A stretch of DNA of 17,588 nucleotides from a virus (IMGVR_UViG_2734482774_000007:1-17588); one strand, 5' to 3'; shown: positions 1-8,768, numbered from the stretch's first letter. Numbers and translations: made by a program. The notes: generated by a model from the letters alone, not told the origin.

Positions 1-1260
1 ATGAAGCTCAACGCCAGACAGGTCGAGACCGCAAAGCCAAAAGACAAAACCTATAAAATGGCCGATGGCGGAGGTCTGTATCTTGAGGTTTCGGCCAAGG
101 GTTCTAAATACTGGCGCATGAAATACAGACGCCCCTCAGACAAAAAAGAGGATCGCCTCGCTTTTGGTGTTTGGCCTACTGTGACGCTTGCTCAGGCAAG
201 AGCAAAGCGCGACGAAGCTAAAAAGCTTTTAGTGCAGGGCATTGATCCAAAAGCCGAACAGAAAGAAGCTCAGGCCGAGAATTCAGGGGCATATACTTTC
301 GAAACCATTGCTCGTGAATGGCATGCCAGTAACAAGCGATGGAGTGAAGACCATCGATCGCGCGTTCTTCGCTATCTTGAGCTTTATATCTTCCCTCATA
401 TCGGTTCGTCCGACATTCGCCAGCTCAAAACCAGCCACCTATTAGCCCCGATTAAAAAAGTTGATGCCAGTGGTAAACACGACGTCGCTCAGCGCCTACA
501 ACAGCGCGTCACGGCCATTATGCGGTATGCGGTACAGAACGATTACATCGACTCAAATCCAGCAAGTGACATGGCCGGTGCGTTATCGACAACCAAAGCA
601 CGACACTATCCAGCTTTACCCTCTAACCGTTTCCCTGAGTTTCTTGCACGTCTTGCTGCATATCGTGGCCGTTTAATGACACGGATTGCAGTCGAGCTTT
701 CCTTACTAACTTTTGTGCGTTCCAGTGAGTTGCGTTTCGCTCGCTGGGATGAATTCGACTTCGATAAATCTCTTTGGCGTATACCGGCAAAACGAGAAGA
801 AATTAAAGGTGTCCGTTACTCGTACCGTGGGATGAAGATGAAAGAGGAGCATATCGTTCCGCTTAGTCGGCAGGCGATGATTTTGTTAGAGCAGCTTAAG
901 CAGATTAGTGGTGATAAAGAGCTACTGTTTCCGGGAGATCATGACGCAACTAAAGTTATGAGTGAAAACACGGTTAACAGTGCTTTGCGCACAATGGGGT
1001 ATGACACAAAAACCGAAGTTTGCGGGCATGGATTCAGAACTATGGCGCGCGGTGCTTTGGGCGAATCAGGGTTGTGGAGTGATGACGCGATAGAACGTCA
1101 GCTAAGCCACTCTGAGCGTAATAGCGTTAGGGCTGCTTATATTCATACTTCAGAGCATTTGGATGAGCGTCGTTTAATGGTTCAGTGGTGGGCCGATTAT
1201 CTTGATGCTAACACTCAGGAATATATAACCCCCTACGACTTTGCAAAAAAAACTATCTAG
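1..1260 (+). CDS. intB: P4-family tyrosine integrase (site-specific recombinase)
   Basis: 419-aa ORF. N-terminal arm-binding region AKPKDKTYKMADGGGLYLEVSAKGSKYWRMKYR; catalytic region with VRSSELRFARW (Arg box), HGFRTMARG (H-x-x-R) and RAAYIHT (catalytic Tyr). ATG sits at nt 1, so the true start could lie upstream of the window. The symbol is inferred from leuX context and nanS at the far end. Confidence 0.85.
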   Translation: MKLNARQVETAKPKDKTYKMADGGGLYLEVSAKGSKYWRMKYRRPSDKKEDRLAFGVWPTVTLAQARAKRDEAKKLLVQGIDPKAEQKEAQAENSGAYTFETIAREWHASNKRWSEDHRSRVLRYLELYIFPHIGSSDIRQLKTSHLLAPIKKVDASGKHDVAQRLQQRVTAIMRYAVQNDYIDSNPASDMAGALSTTKARHYPALPSNRFPEFLARLAAYRGRLMTRIAVELSLLTFVRSSELRFARWDEFDFDKSLWRIPAKREEIKGVRYSYRGMKMKEEHIVPLSRQAMILLEQLKQISGDKELLFPGDHDATKVMSENTVNSALRTMGYDTKTEVCGHGFRTMARGALGESGLWSDDAIERQLSHSERNSVRAAYIHTSEHLDERRLMVQWWADYLDANTQEYITPYDFAKKTI

Positions 1261-1275
1261 CTTTAAAAATTTTAA

Positions 1276-1307
1276 AGTAGGGTCAAAGACCCTACTAATT
1301 ATTTTTT
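1276..1307. terminator. Bidirectional rho-independent terminator between convergent int and herA
   Basis: Perfect 9-bp stem agtagggtc / gaccctact (1276-1284 / 1288-1296) with loop aaa, T-run aattatttttt on the + strand and ttaaaattttt on the - strand. Confidence 0.7.
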
Positions 1308-3020
1308 CCATATATTGCAATAGCCTGGAGAATCAGATTCTGGTGGATATATTGGCTTATCTATCTGGATGGTCATAGGAATAGGGAAGTCAACCCCTAC
1401 AAGAGCAACTTCACCTTGTTTGAGACTTGGTAGAAAAGATGCTGCAGATTTATCAATTTCACCGCATGCACGCTCAACGACTTCTCGATCTCGGTCGTTT
1501 GTTAAGCGATGAACCAATAAGGTTCCAATTTGACTAAGCACACCTTCAGTGATATCTCTGGGTCTTTGAGTTGTTAAGCATATATTAAGGCCATATTTCC
1601 TGCCTTCTTTTGCAATCATCTCAAAAGCGTCAAGTTTAATTGCATGATCTTCAGAACCAACCCGTTTGCCAAGGAAGTTATGGGCTTCATCAACAATAAC
1701 TAACAGCGGTCTTGTTCTGAATTTTTCAAGCCTAGCTAAAGTTAAAAGTTTTCTGCCGATTACATTGGCTAAAATTTCTCTAGCATAAAACTCATAGCTA
1801 ACATCACTTAGGCATAACCTTAGGACTCGTTTATCAGATTGTAAAAAAGTTTCTAATATTTCACCTAGTGTGGATATATCCTCGTTACTATTAAAAACAG
1901 ACCTTAACGAGTTGGCATACGTTACTGCTTGAATTCTGGTTAACAAAGATGAGCAATAGCTTAAGTCTTGAGTTGCAGCGTTTCCCCAAGTATTATCTCC
2001 ATTATCGTAACAACATTCTTGTACAATCTGTTTTATAAGTTTTGTTATATCAAATGGTTGTGATGGATTATCAACAAGTTTAGAGTTGTCTCCAGTATTC
2101 ATTGCGCGTCGATAATCTGTTTTAGGTTGATTGATTTTTTTTAAAATACCATCGGTTGCTATTCTAGGTTCTAAAGCTACTAATCTAAGGCTTTTTATCG
2201 CTTCTTTTAGCTTAGGACCCTGTACTTTTCCAGAAGGATCGAACATGGCAATAAAGTCTGACTCAACAAAGTCGGTAGGTGGAATTCTAAATTCTAAAGA
2301 ATTTATGTTTTTATTTATTGGGGCACCTAAATGGTAATGTAAACAATAATCAGATTTAAACGATCTATACTCACTGGTTGCATCAATTATTATAGTTTTA
2401 GAGTTTTCGTAATTCGAACACTCTTCAATTAACTTGGAAGTTGTCCAACTTTTTCCACCGCCTGTAGCTCCTAAGATAGCACAATGACGACCGAAGAGTT
2501 TATCAGGTTCAACAGTTACTATACTTGTTGCCCCTCCAGATATAATGCCTAATACAATACCTATTCTTTCTTCCTCGTTATCTTTAATTCCTTTATTAAT
2601 TAATTCTGGTATTAAAGAAATAAAATCTAAGGGAGCAGAATAAACTCGATCTCCTAATCGAGGATATGATTTGATTCCTGAATCAATTCTAAAATTTGAA
2701 GGATCAATAGTTCCAAGAAGTTGTATAATGCCGATAGCATCAACTTTGAAGTTTCCTTGAGACCCGACAGATATTTCACCTCTATCTCGCTCTGGTAATT
2801 TAACCTCTATTAAACGGCCAAGAACAATAGATTGTTGTCCTTCTATTAATAATATTTCACCAACTTCTCCTTTTCCATATCTACAACCTTCTATATATGT
2901 TCCGCTGAGTTCCCCTGCATAGATTAAATTTGCTCTAACTGTTTGAGCAAAAATTGATGAGACTACTCCAACCTTAAGGTCGCCCCTCAAAATACCAAGC
3001 TGTAGTGTTGTATTAATCAT
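1299..3020 (-). CDS. herA: HerA-like ATPase, second gene of a SIR2-HerA anti-phage module
   Basis: 573-aa ORF. Walker A GATGGGKSWT and Walker B LLVIVDEAHNF. Start ATG overlaps the upstream gene's stop (ATGA at 3017-3020). Markedly AT-rich codon usage compared with flanking genes. Confidence 0.8.
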   Translation of the reverse strand: MINTTLQLGILRGDLKVGVVSSIFAQTVRANLIYAGELSGTYIEGCRYGKGEVGEILLIEGQQSIVLGRLIEVKLPERDRGEISVGSQGNFKVDAIGIIQLLGTIDPSNFRIDSGIKSYPRLGDRVYSAPLDFISLIPELINKGIKDNEEERIGIVLGIISGGATSIVTVEPDKLFGRHCAILGATGGGKSWTTSKLIEECSNYENSKTIIIDATSEYRSFKSDYCLHYHLGAPINKNINSLEFRIPPTDFVESDFIAMFDPSGKVQGPKLKEAIKSLRLVALEPRIATDGILKKINQPKTDYRRAMNTGDNSKLVDNPSQPFDITKLIKQIVQECCYDNGDNTWGNAATQDLSYCSSLLTRIQAVTYANSLRSVFNSNEDISTLGEILETFLQSDKRVLRLCLSDVSYEFYAREILANVIGRKLLTLARLEKFRTRPLLVIVDEAHNFLGKRVGSEDHAIKLDAFEMIAKEGRKYGLNICLTTQRPRDITEGVLSQIGTLLVHRLTNDRDREVVERACGEIDKSAASFLPSLKQGEVALVGVDFPIPMTIQIDKPIYPPESDSPGYCNIWKK

Positions 3021-4315
3021 AATTGATTGTTAACTCCTACTTGTTTTATTACCTTAGCCAACTGTTCTGCTGGGGTTAATGCTTTAAGATTGGGAACTAA
3101 TTTAACAAAATCACTGAAAGATGCATTTATGAAGTGAATGTCATAACCTGATAGTGAGAGTTGTTTTAGTAAATCCCAATATTTACTAGAACCGTCCCCC
3201 CCTTTATTCCGAATATGAGTTGCACATTTGAAATCTACTATAATCAACCTCATGCTTGGATTGGATTTTATTGCTGAGTAAATTGGTTCAGAAAGATGGT
3301 CATCATTGAAACCAAATCCAGATATAACTAAACAGTTATTTCTTTTTCTCAAGAAATCTAACAATCTTGAAAGTAATTCTAAGTGAGGTTGAATAAAGGC
3401 TTGCTGATATTTACCTTTCGCTGGATATATTAGACATGCGTTTGTTGCTGTTGGTTGGCTGGATTCATATATTTGCCCATCCTTTCTTATCCAACTTACA
3501 GAACCGTGGAGTTTAAATAACTGGAATACGCCCTCTACAAACTCATGCTCGTTTTCATCTCTTTTAACAACATCGTAGTTAAAATATTTACCATCGAATC
3601 TGCGAACTCCTGTATATGAAAGACCATCAACTACCATCATTCCTAATTCAGAAGCAGCTGTTTCAAAGGCTAAATCATAGTTAGTTGTGAAAACTTTTAG
3701 TCTAGGATCTCTGACTCTCCTCCTCCCCATTTTTTGTAATAAATTGATGTAAGCTGAAAGATCACAGTTGCCATCATCAATAAATGAGCGACATTTGTCT
3801 AAAATAATTGTTTTAACTTTATTTAAAAAATTCAACACTTCTTCATCATCATGAAATGCTAAATATGCTTCACAATTAGAAAGAAAGTGTTCTATGTTAG
3901 GATACTCTCGCTCTTTATATTTTACTTTATCACAAACAATTTGAGCATCAGGTTTTAATTGACCATCCTCGTTTATAGAAGATTCACTCCACATTGCACA
4001 CTTCCAGAGATCCCACATGCTTGGTCCTCCAACGTCCCCAAGCGAAGTACCACTCCCAGCGAAGAATGCAAGATTTGGGAATTGTAATGATTTTAGTAAT
4101 AGTTCGTTTATATATGCCTGATTGTCTTTCAACTCCTTCTTTTCACCATCAGTAAGAGATTGTGCTGGAGAAATAGAATCTCCTGACTCTTCTAAACTTT
4201 CATTCGTTATGTAGTCTCGCCAATAAATAAACGATTTACTATCTAATGCTTTCCAGTCGTTACTACCGGGTTTTAAAAATGAGATGTATCCGTCCGGATT
4301 TGTAGTCATAATCAT
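3017..4315 (-). CDS. sir2: SIR2-family (SIR2_2-type) putative NADase, first gene of the SIR2-HerA module
   Basis: 432-aa ORF. Rossmann-like FFAGSGTS, signature VFTTNYDLAFE (catalytic Asn) and FKLHGSVSW (catalytic His). Translationally coupled to herA. AT-rich. Confidence 0.8.
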   Translation of the reverse strand: MIMTTNPDGYISFLKPGSNDWKALDSKSFIYWRDYITNESLEESGDSISPAQSLTDGEKKELKDNQAYINELLLKSLQFPNLAFFAGSGTSLGDVGGPSMWDLWKCAMWSESSINEDGQLKPDAQIVCDKVKYKEREYPNIEHFLSNCEAYLAFHDDEEVLNFLNKVKTIILDKCRSFIDDGNCDLSAYINLLQKMGRRRVRDPRLKVFTTNYDLAFETAASELGMMVVDGLSYTGVRRFDGKYFNYDVVKRDENEHEFVEGVFQLFKLHGSVSWIRKDGQIYESSQPTATNACLIYPAKGKYQQAFIQPHLELLSRLLDFLRKRNNCLVISGFGFNDDHLSEPIYSAIKSNPSMRLIIVDFKCATHIRNKGGDGSSKYWDLLKQLSLSGYDIHFINASFSDFVKLVPNLKALTPAEQLAKVIKQVGVNNQL

Positions 4316-4872
4316 TATCCATTGATGTCATTAAGAGTTTGTTCCCAATAATTTACTACACCACGGCTGGAAGAAAAAGTAATCACAATCACTATCTTTG
4401 ACTACAGTGCGCACAATTATCTTCCCGCCACGCTTGCCCACCTTTAATACACGTGCATGTTTGATCTGAGGTCTTACGATATCTTGTACAGGTAGAGGTT
4501 ACAAGAGTGAGAACCATGCTCACTAAGGATGACAAATCTATAAATATTACCCGTAGCGCCGCTCAGTTTACGTGTGCTGCATCGATACACTGCAGTTCTT
4601 GAATCATTGCGGAGATTTCAGCAACTGCCAGCCAGTATCTCGTCAATCATTGTCACCGCCTGCGCGGCTGAGTTTGCTATTTTCTCCCTTAGCGCGAGCA
4701 GCCCCGCCCGCCTGCCCGCTTCGCTTAACAGACTGGTTTTCATGCACCCCGTAAATCGTCTCAGAAGCCACCACACAAGGGCTTTCGCGTCAAAAATGGC
4801 GCATGAGACTCATGCGTTTTCATGCGCCATAGATATGCACTCATACGCTCTCAGGCCAGCCAGGGAAAAGGC

Positions 4873-4899
4873 GTAAAAAATCCCGGTACTGGACCGGGA
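4873..4899 (-). terminator. Rho-independent terminator downstream of the sid-psu-ogr operon
   Basis: 7-bp stem tcccggt / accggga (4881-4887 / 4893-4899) with loop actgg, followed on the - strand by TTTTTTAC (4873-4880). Lies 22 nt past the ogr-like stop. Confidence 0.65.
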
Positions 4900-4921
4900 C
4901 TTCGTGGTCGTATTTTGCTAA

Positions 4922-5194
4922 TCAGACAGGAATTTGCTGACGGTTTGACAGCTTTGACGCGGAGCCATAGCGATTGAGAGTTTGCTGTTGTTTTTCCGGT
5001 ATTTTTGCTTTGTCTGATTCCTGTTCATTGCACCGAGGCTTCATAATTATCGTATCCACGCTTTCCAGTGCGGTAAATGTGCAGGAACATTCCAGATTCT
5101 GGCACTGATACCATGAGCGTTTAACCGACGGAGCTTCATAGGCGCTGGTTCTGGCGTGAGCGACCGCGCCACATTCAGGACACTTCAGGGCCAT
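4922..5194 (-). CDS. Ogr/Delta-family zinc-finger late transcription activator
   Basis: MALKCPECGAVAHARTSAYEAPSVKRSWYQCQNLECSCTFTALESV matches the P2 Ogr C-x2-C...C-x4-C zinc-finger pattern. ATG at 5192-5194 is preceded by AAGGAG with a 9-nt spacer, 1 nt after the psu stop. The ORF track's longer start at 5296 would overlap psu. Confidence 0.75.
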   Translation of the reverse strand: MALKCPECGAVAHARTSAYEAPSVKRSWYQCQNLECSCTFTALESVDTIIMKPRCNEQESDKAKIPEKQQQTLNRYGSASKLSNRQQIPV

Positions 5195-5195
5195 A

Positions 5196-5750
5196 TCAGC
5201 ACACTCCTTTTTCATTAAGTCGGTTAAGGCGGGCCAGGAAAACTTTATGTTGTGCCGGGGTGAAACTGGCTGAAGCATCAGCGCGCATTGATGCATCCAC
5301 CGTTAATCCGGTTTCGTCGATAATGCTCTTATATGCTGCTGAAATTACCGGAGTACGGACTTCCGTTTGTCGGGCTACAGCGGTTCGTAATATTTTCATT
5401 GCCGCCTCAAGCCCGTATGGTGCACAAAGAAAAGGAGCCAGAGCGTCAGTGAGTGCATCACCATGCTCGCTCATGAAGTTTTCAGTTGCGCTTGTAACAC
5501 AGCTTTCCAGCACAATCTGGTGAGCATAAAGACCATCCCGGGCGGCACAGTTAATCTGCCATTCGAGGAGTGCAAGACGCTCACGAAGATCCTCAAGTTG
5601 GCTGGCATATGCTGCGGGTTTTTCTTCAGTATCCAGCAAAGCAGCCAGACGAAGCTGGCTGGTACTTTGCACATTACGTAGTGTCAGCCAGCTTTTTATT
5701 GCCGCGCGGTAATCGTTGAGAGCTTCCTGAGTAATGGTTCCGGTATTCAT
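5196..5750 (-). CDS. psu: Psu-like polarity suppression protein
   Basis: 184 aa, close to P4 Psu size. Recalled similarity to P4 Psu (ALTDALAP..., ...FTPAQHKVF...). Start overlaps the sid-like stop (ATGA at 5747-5750). SD GAGAAGGA upstream. Confidence 0.7.
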   Translation of the reverse strand: MNTGTITQEALNDYRAAIKSWLTLRNVQSTSQLRLAALLDTEEKPAAYASQLEDLRERLALLEWQINCAARDGLYAHQIVLESCVTSATENFMSEHGDALTDALAPFLCAPYGLEAAMKILRTAVARQTEVRTPVISAAYKSIIDETGLTVDASMRADASASFTPAQHKVFLARLNRLNEKGVC

Positions 5751-6499
5751 TCCTTCTCGCCCCCTTTAGCCATGTCACGCTGTTTAAGCATCCGGGAACG
5801 TGCTGCAGGGCTGGGTGATTGTCTGGCATCCTGTATGGCTTTATCGTCCGCATAAATGCTGATCCCCGGCAGGGCAATATCATCCGTTGAAGATACGTTA
5901 CAGAACAGTGCCGGAGTGGTGAGTTGCTCGCTGATAAATTGCTTCAGCACACTTTCGGGGTCGTTTACGGTATGAACTACACCGATAACAGAAGATGCGC
6001 TTCGGCCCAGAGTCATTTTCAGCAGTCCAAGGATCTGAATAAGTTTCTGGCCGTGTTCCTTCATAAACTCATTCCAGAGCCACACTGCATGAGTTTCAAT
6101 CAGGTGATTATGTTCGCTGATGTAGCGGTTTGCAGCATCCGCAGTTTTCCATGGCAGGAATTCATTTTCTGCAGCCTGAGCAGCCAGCAAATCTTCGAAC
6201 TCATCTAGTGTTTCGCGTCCGAGGGCGATTTCTGCCCGCAGTTTTTTCATTCGTGGCGTCATATTCCCCTGATTCTCACGAAACAGGTTTCGCCATTCAT
6301 CATTAAGCGCCTGCGTCTCCGTTTTTGTATCTTCCTGACGTTTACGGATAGTTTCAGTCATTGCAGCAGCTTCGGTTTGTTTTCGCCGTTCTTCCTGCCA
6401 GACAGCTTTTGCTGCCTTAACTTTTTCCACCGCTTCGCGAATTTTCGGCGGGAGGGTGGGGGTAATGTTTGCATCAGAGATCTGGTTAACAGTTGTCAT
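5747..6499 (-). CDS. Sid-like capsid size-determination (external scaffold) protein, putative
   Basis: 250 aa from the ATG at 6499, which follows a GGAG SD; the track's start at 6532 is a TTG. Helical, charged sequence; position immediately upstream of psu as in the P4 late operon. Assignment is positional and compositional only. Confidence 0.5.
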   Translation of the reverse strand: MTTVNQISDANITPTLPPKIREAVEKVKAAKAVWQEERRKQTEAAAMTETIRKRQEDTKTETQALNDEWRNLFRENQGNMTPRMKKLRAEIALGRETLDEFEDLLAAQAAENEFLPWKTADAANRYISEHNHLIETHAVWLWNEFMKEHGQKLIQILGLLKMTLGRSASSVIGVVHTVNDPESVLKQFISEQLTTPALFCNVSSTDDIALPGISIYADDKAIQDARQSPSPAARSRMLKQRDMAKGGEKE

Positions 6500-6571
6500 G
6501 GCTGCTCCGGTAGTGTTTTGTTGTTGTGTCAATTGTGCCGGGGTCCATACAAGCGCACTACCGAGGAGGAT

Positions 6572-6589
6572 TGTGTCAGTGACTGAACA
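6572..6589 (-). promoter_or_regulatory. Candidate Ogr/Delta-dependent late promoter element (TGT-N12-ACA) upstream of sid
   Basis: TGTgtcagtgactgaACA, centred about 80 bp upstream of the sid ATG. This spacing suits a site centred near -55 with a short leader, as in P2/P4 late promoters. Confidence 0.45.
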
Positions 6590-6665
6590 ATGACCTTGTT
6601 CTGGCTAGCCAGAGAAAGGTGTCATGTCTGATCTACACGCTTCCTTTAATACATACTATTCACCA

Positions 6666-6757
6666 CTGTTCACTTCAATAAAAATATAGTAAATACATGT
6701 GGTTAAGTGGTGTAGTGTTTTAATTAAAGTGATCATCTACTGTTCATGACTGTTCAC
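6666..6757 (+). repeat. Three direct copies of CTGTTCA(C/T) in the divergent control region; the last two overlap a second TGT-N12-ACA (6741-6758)
   Basis: ctgttcac at 6666-6673, ctgttcat at 6740-6747, ctgttcac at 6750-6757. TGTtcatgactgttcACA at 6741-6758. Confidence 0.35.
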
Positions 6758-7404
6758 AGAGATAAAATTAAACATATATTTCTTTTTCATATAAGTCGCG
6801 ATATTTATTTCAGTTTATTACTGGATCTTTTCTCCTCACCAATATTCACCAGTATTCAATACATATTCTATGTAAAGAATAAAAGATGTCTTATATCTGT
6901 TTGATAATTGAACATTCAACCTCCCTGCACTCAGTTGCATTTCAGGAAAATATTCATAAAAATGAATTTGTCTGATGTTCATTAAACACATTCGGATACA
7001 TGCGGAAGTAAGATGGTAATTTAATTTCTTTAATCATCGGATTTATTGATACATATGGTGAGCTGTTTATTTTTGGCCGTTTTTGGCTCTTTTATTAATC
7101 AGGTGTTGTCTTAGTGCTTATGATGTAAAGCCCTGAATGATATGGGCTGGTTCAGATTTGAGCTGTGATCCTGCCTAGTGTAATAGACTTTTTTATTATT
7201 GATGCTCCTTATTATATTCCATAAAGGAATTGTTTGTTTTTGTTCGTTTCATACGGTTTTTAGCTGTTTTATTTTTTGAGAAATCAACATTTCACACAAA
7301 ATAAATAAAGCATGCGCGAGCCGCTTATATAAACATAATAAGGAGCTACCTGAATCCGCATGGAATTGCCCGGACTGTTGTAAACATATTAGAGAGGTAG
7401 CCAG

Positions 7405-7665
7405 ATGAATAGTATTTCCGTTTCCACCCCGGCACCAGCTGCTCCGGTGCTCCCGGTTCCGGCTCAGCAGGAGCGCTTCATACGATTACCTGAAGTGATG
7501 CACCTTTGCGGGCTATCCCGTTCAACCATCTACGACCTTATCAGCCGCGATGCCTTCCCGCAGCAGATATCCCTGGGTGGAAAAAATGTGGCCTGGGTAC
7601 AGTCGGAGGTCAGTGCATGGATGGCGGCGCGAATTGCTGCCCGCGAGCAAGGAGGCCATGCGTGA
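7405..7665 (+). CDS. alpA: AlpA/Vis-family phage transcriptional regulator (excisionase-like HTH)
   Basis: 86 aa. [47 protein letters not shown] fits the AlpA family HTH pattern. SD GAGAGG 7 nt upstream. Sits where P4 carries vis. Confidence 0.8.
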   Translation: MNSISVSTPAPAAPVLPVPAQQERFIRLPEVMHLCGLSRSTIYDLISRDAFPQQISLGGKNVAWVQSEVSAWMAARIAAREQGGHA

Positions 7666-7759
7666 AACTTGCTTTGCAGTCTCATCTCCTTTTTTCTGGC
7701 TTGCGTCCTGATATCTTTTCCAGGTATAGTTTTCCCGCTGCCGCAAAATCGGCTGCCGG

Positions 7760-8007
7760 GCGTAGGAACCCGAGTTACTTATTGGCGACACCAGACGCGC
7801 CGTGCGTCTTTTTTTACGTCGTTGCTCAGGCACACCCATTTTTCGGGCTGCGGTGCTTATACCTTAGCCCCTTTCAGATAATGGTGGTCCGGGCGGGGCA
7901 GCCTTCGGGCTGGCCGGTTTCCAATAAGGCCGGTATTCCTACCCCCGTTCGGGTCACCACCCATGAGCGTAGGAACTCCGGTGGTGGCATTTACCGCTAC
8001 TTATTGG
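7760..8007 (+). promoter_or_regulatory. P4-type RNA immunity region: seqA-like (7760-7785), seqB/CI-like (7921-7942), seqC-like (7967-8007)
   Basis: A and C share the identical 10-mers gcgtaggaac and tacttattgg. B (ccaataaggccggtattcctac) carries the reverse complements ccaataag and ttcctac, so B can pair with either A or C. The region also holds several GC stems, including a UUCG-loop hairpin ggcagccttcgggctg near 7897. Confidence 0.45.
7793..7815 (+). terminator. Rho-independent terminator directly after the seqA-like element
   Basis: Stem agacgc / gcgtct (7793-7798 / 7804-7809) with loop gccgt, followed by a 7-T run to 7815. Confidence 0.6.
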
Positions 8008-8209
8008 AGGTTGCCCTTATGGCTACGATCCTCGCCCCGTCACATCCTCAATTTATATTTGTTTTTGCCGCCGTTCGTCGTGCAGAACGTAAACCACGTA
8101 TCAGTATGCTGCGTATCATCGCCAGCAATGAGCATCATGCACGTCTTTCACTGGTCCATGAGTATGTGCTTTGTCTTGCTGCTCGCCTGCCTGTCCGGGA
8201 GGTGATCTA

Positions 8210-8434
8210 ATGAATCACGCCGCAATCTCTTATGACGATATTCTCCGCCTGAAGCATCTTCGTAACGTGGGAGAGTTTGTCACTGGAATGGCTGTTCTTC
8301 AGGATTGCTACGAAAAACCTGCCAGTGCTCAATGTGAACAACTGGTTTCCCTGATTTATCTGATGACAGAGCAGCTTGATGGCGTGGTACAGCGTTGCCA
8401 GGATGACCTCATGAACATGGAGGTGGTGCAATGA
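8210..8434 (+). CDS. Hypothetical small protein in the satellite left operon
   Basis: 74 aa from the ATG at 8210, which follows SD GGGAGG with a 7-nt spacer. Stop overlaps the next ORF's start (ATGA at 8431-8434). Confidence 0.55.
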   Translation: MNHAAISYDDILRLKHLRNVGEFVTGMAVLQDCYEKPASAQCEQLVSLIYLMTEQLDGVVQRCQDDLMNMEVVQ

Positions 8435-8754
8435 AATCACGCACTCTTTCCCTTTCACTTCGGGTAGCGTTGTATCGCCGCGCGGTAGCCTGCGCCTGGT
8501 TGAGTGCCTGCTATCAGCAAAACCGCCATCTGCAGCTCACTCTGGATGAAATTGAAACCGCTATTGCCCGTGAGCTTGAAGGATTTTATCTGCGACAGCA
8601 CGGGCAAACAAAAGGCATGGAAATCGCCTGCGCCCTGCTTTCAGACCTGATGGAATACGGCCCTCTAATGTCCTGTCCCGCACTCTCCCAGCTCGGAATA
8701 GCCGTAATGGATGAGTTATGCGTCCGTCACATCAAAAAGCCGGTTTTACACTGA
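8431..8754 (+). CDS. Hypothetical protein in the satellite left operon, immediately upstream of the primase
   Basis: 107-aa ORF, translationally coupled to the upstream ORF and ending 14 nt before the primase start. Confidence 0.55.
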   Translation: MKSRTLSLSLRVALYRRAVACAWLSACYQQNRHLQLTLDEIETAIARELEGFYLRQHGQTKGMEIACALLSDLMEYGPLMSCPALSQLGIAVMDELCVRHIKKPVLH

Positions 8755-8768
8755 GGGAGAACTGCGTC

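Noticed and set aside
242-676. Small plus-strand ORFs (67 and 71 aa) within the integrase gene, and 2131-2337 within herA
   Set aside because: Alternative or antisense frames of well-supported genes with no independent signals.
4572-4876. Two overlapping plus-strand ORFs (60 and 100 aa) in the ogr-to-sir2 intergenic region
   Set aside because: No RBS, different frames over the same DNA, Ala/Ser/Pro/Arg-rich translations. The region is more likely regulatory (promoter, terminator, possibly cos).
5924-6208. 94-aa plus-strand ORF, and similar antisense ORFs at 5260-5523, 5463-5681 and 6377-6586
   Set aside because: Lie entirely antisense within the psu and sid coding regions, which have operon structure, RBSs and family resemblance; treated as shadow ORFs.
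7055-7114. 19-codon hydrophobic mini-ORF (MVSCLFLAVFGSFINQVLS) in the AT-rich divergent region, reminiscent of type I toxin peptides
   Set aside because: No Shine-Dalgarno sequence and no flanking antisense-RNA-like features I could support. Hydrophobic mini-ORFs arise by chance in T-rich DNA.
7360-7383. 7-codon mini-ORF (MELPGLL) just upstream of alpA, after an AAGGAG
   Set aside because: The spacer between AAGGAG and the ATG is about 13 nt, too long for efficient initiation; probably coincidental, though a leader peptide cannot be excluded.
7506-8210. 234-aa plus-strand ORF spanning the 3' end of alpA and the whole immunity region
   Set aside because: No start codon with an RBS; overlaps alpA in another frame; Pro/Arg/Ala-rich, low-complexity translation typical of GC-rich non-coding sequence. 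The region is better explained by structured RNA and terminators.
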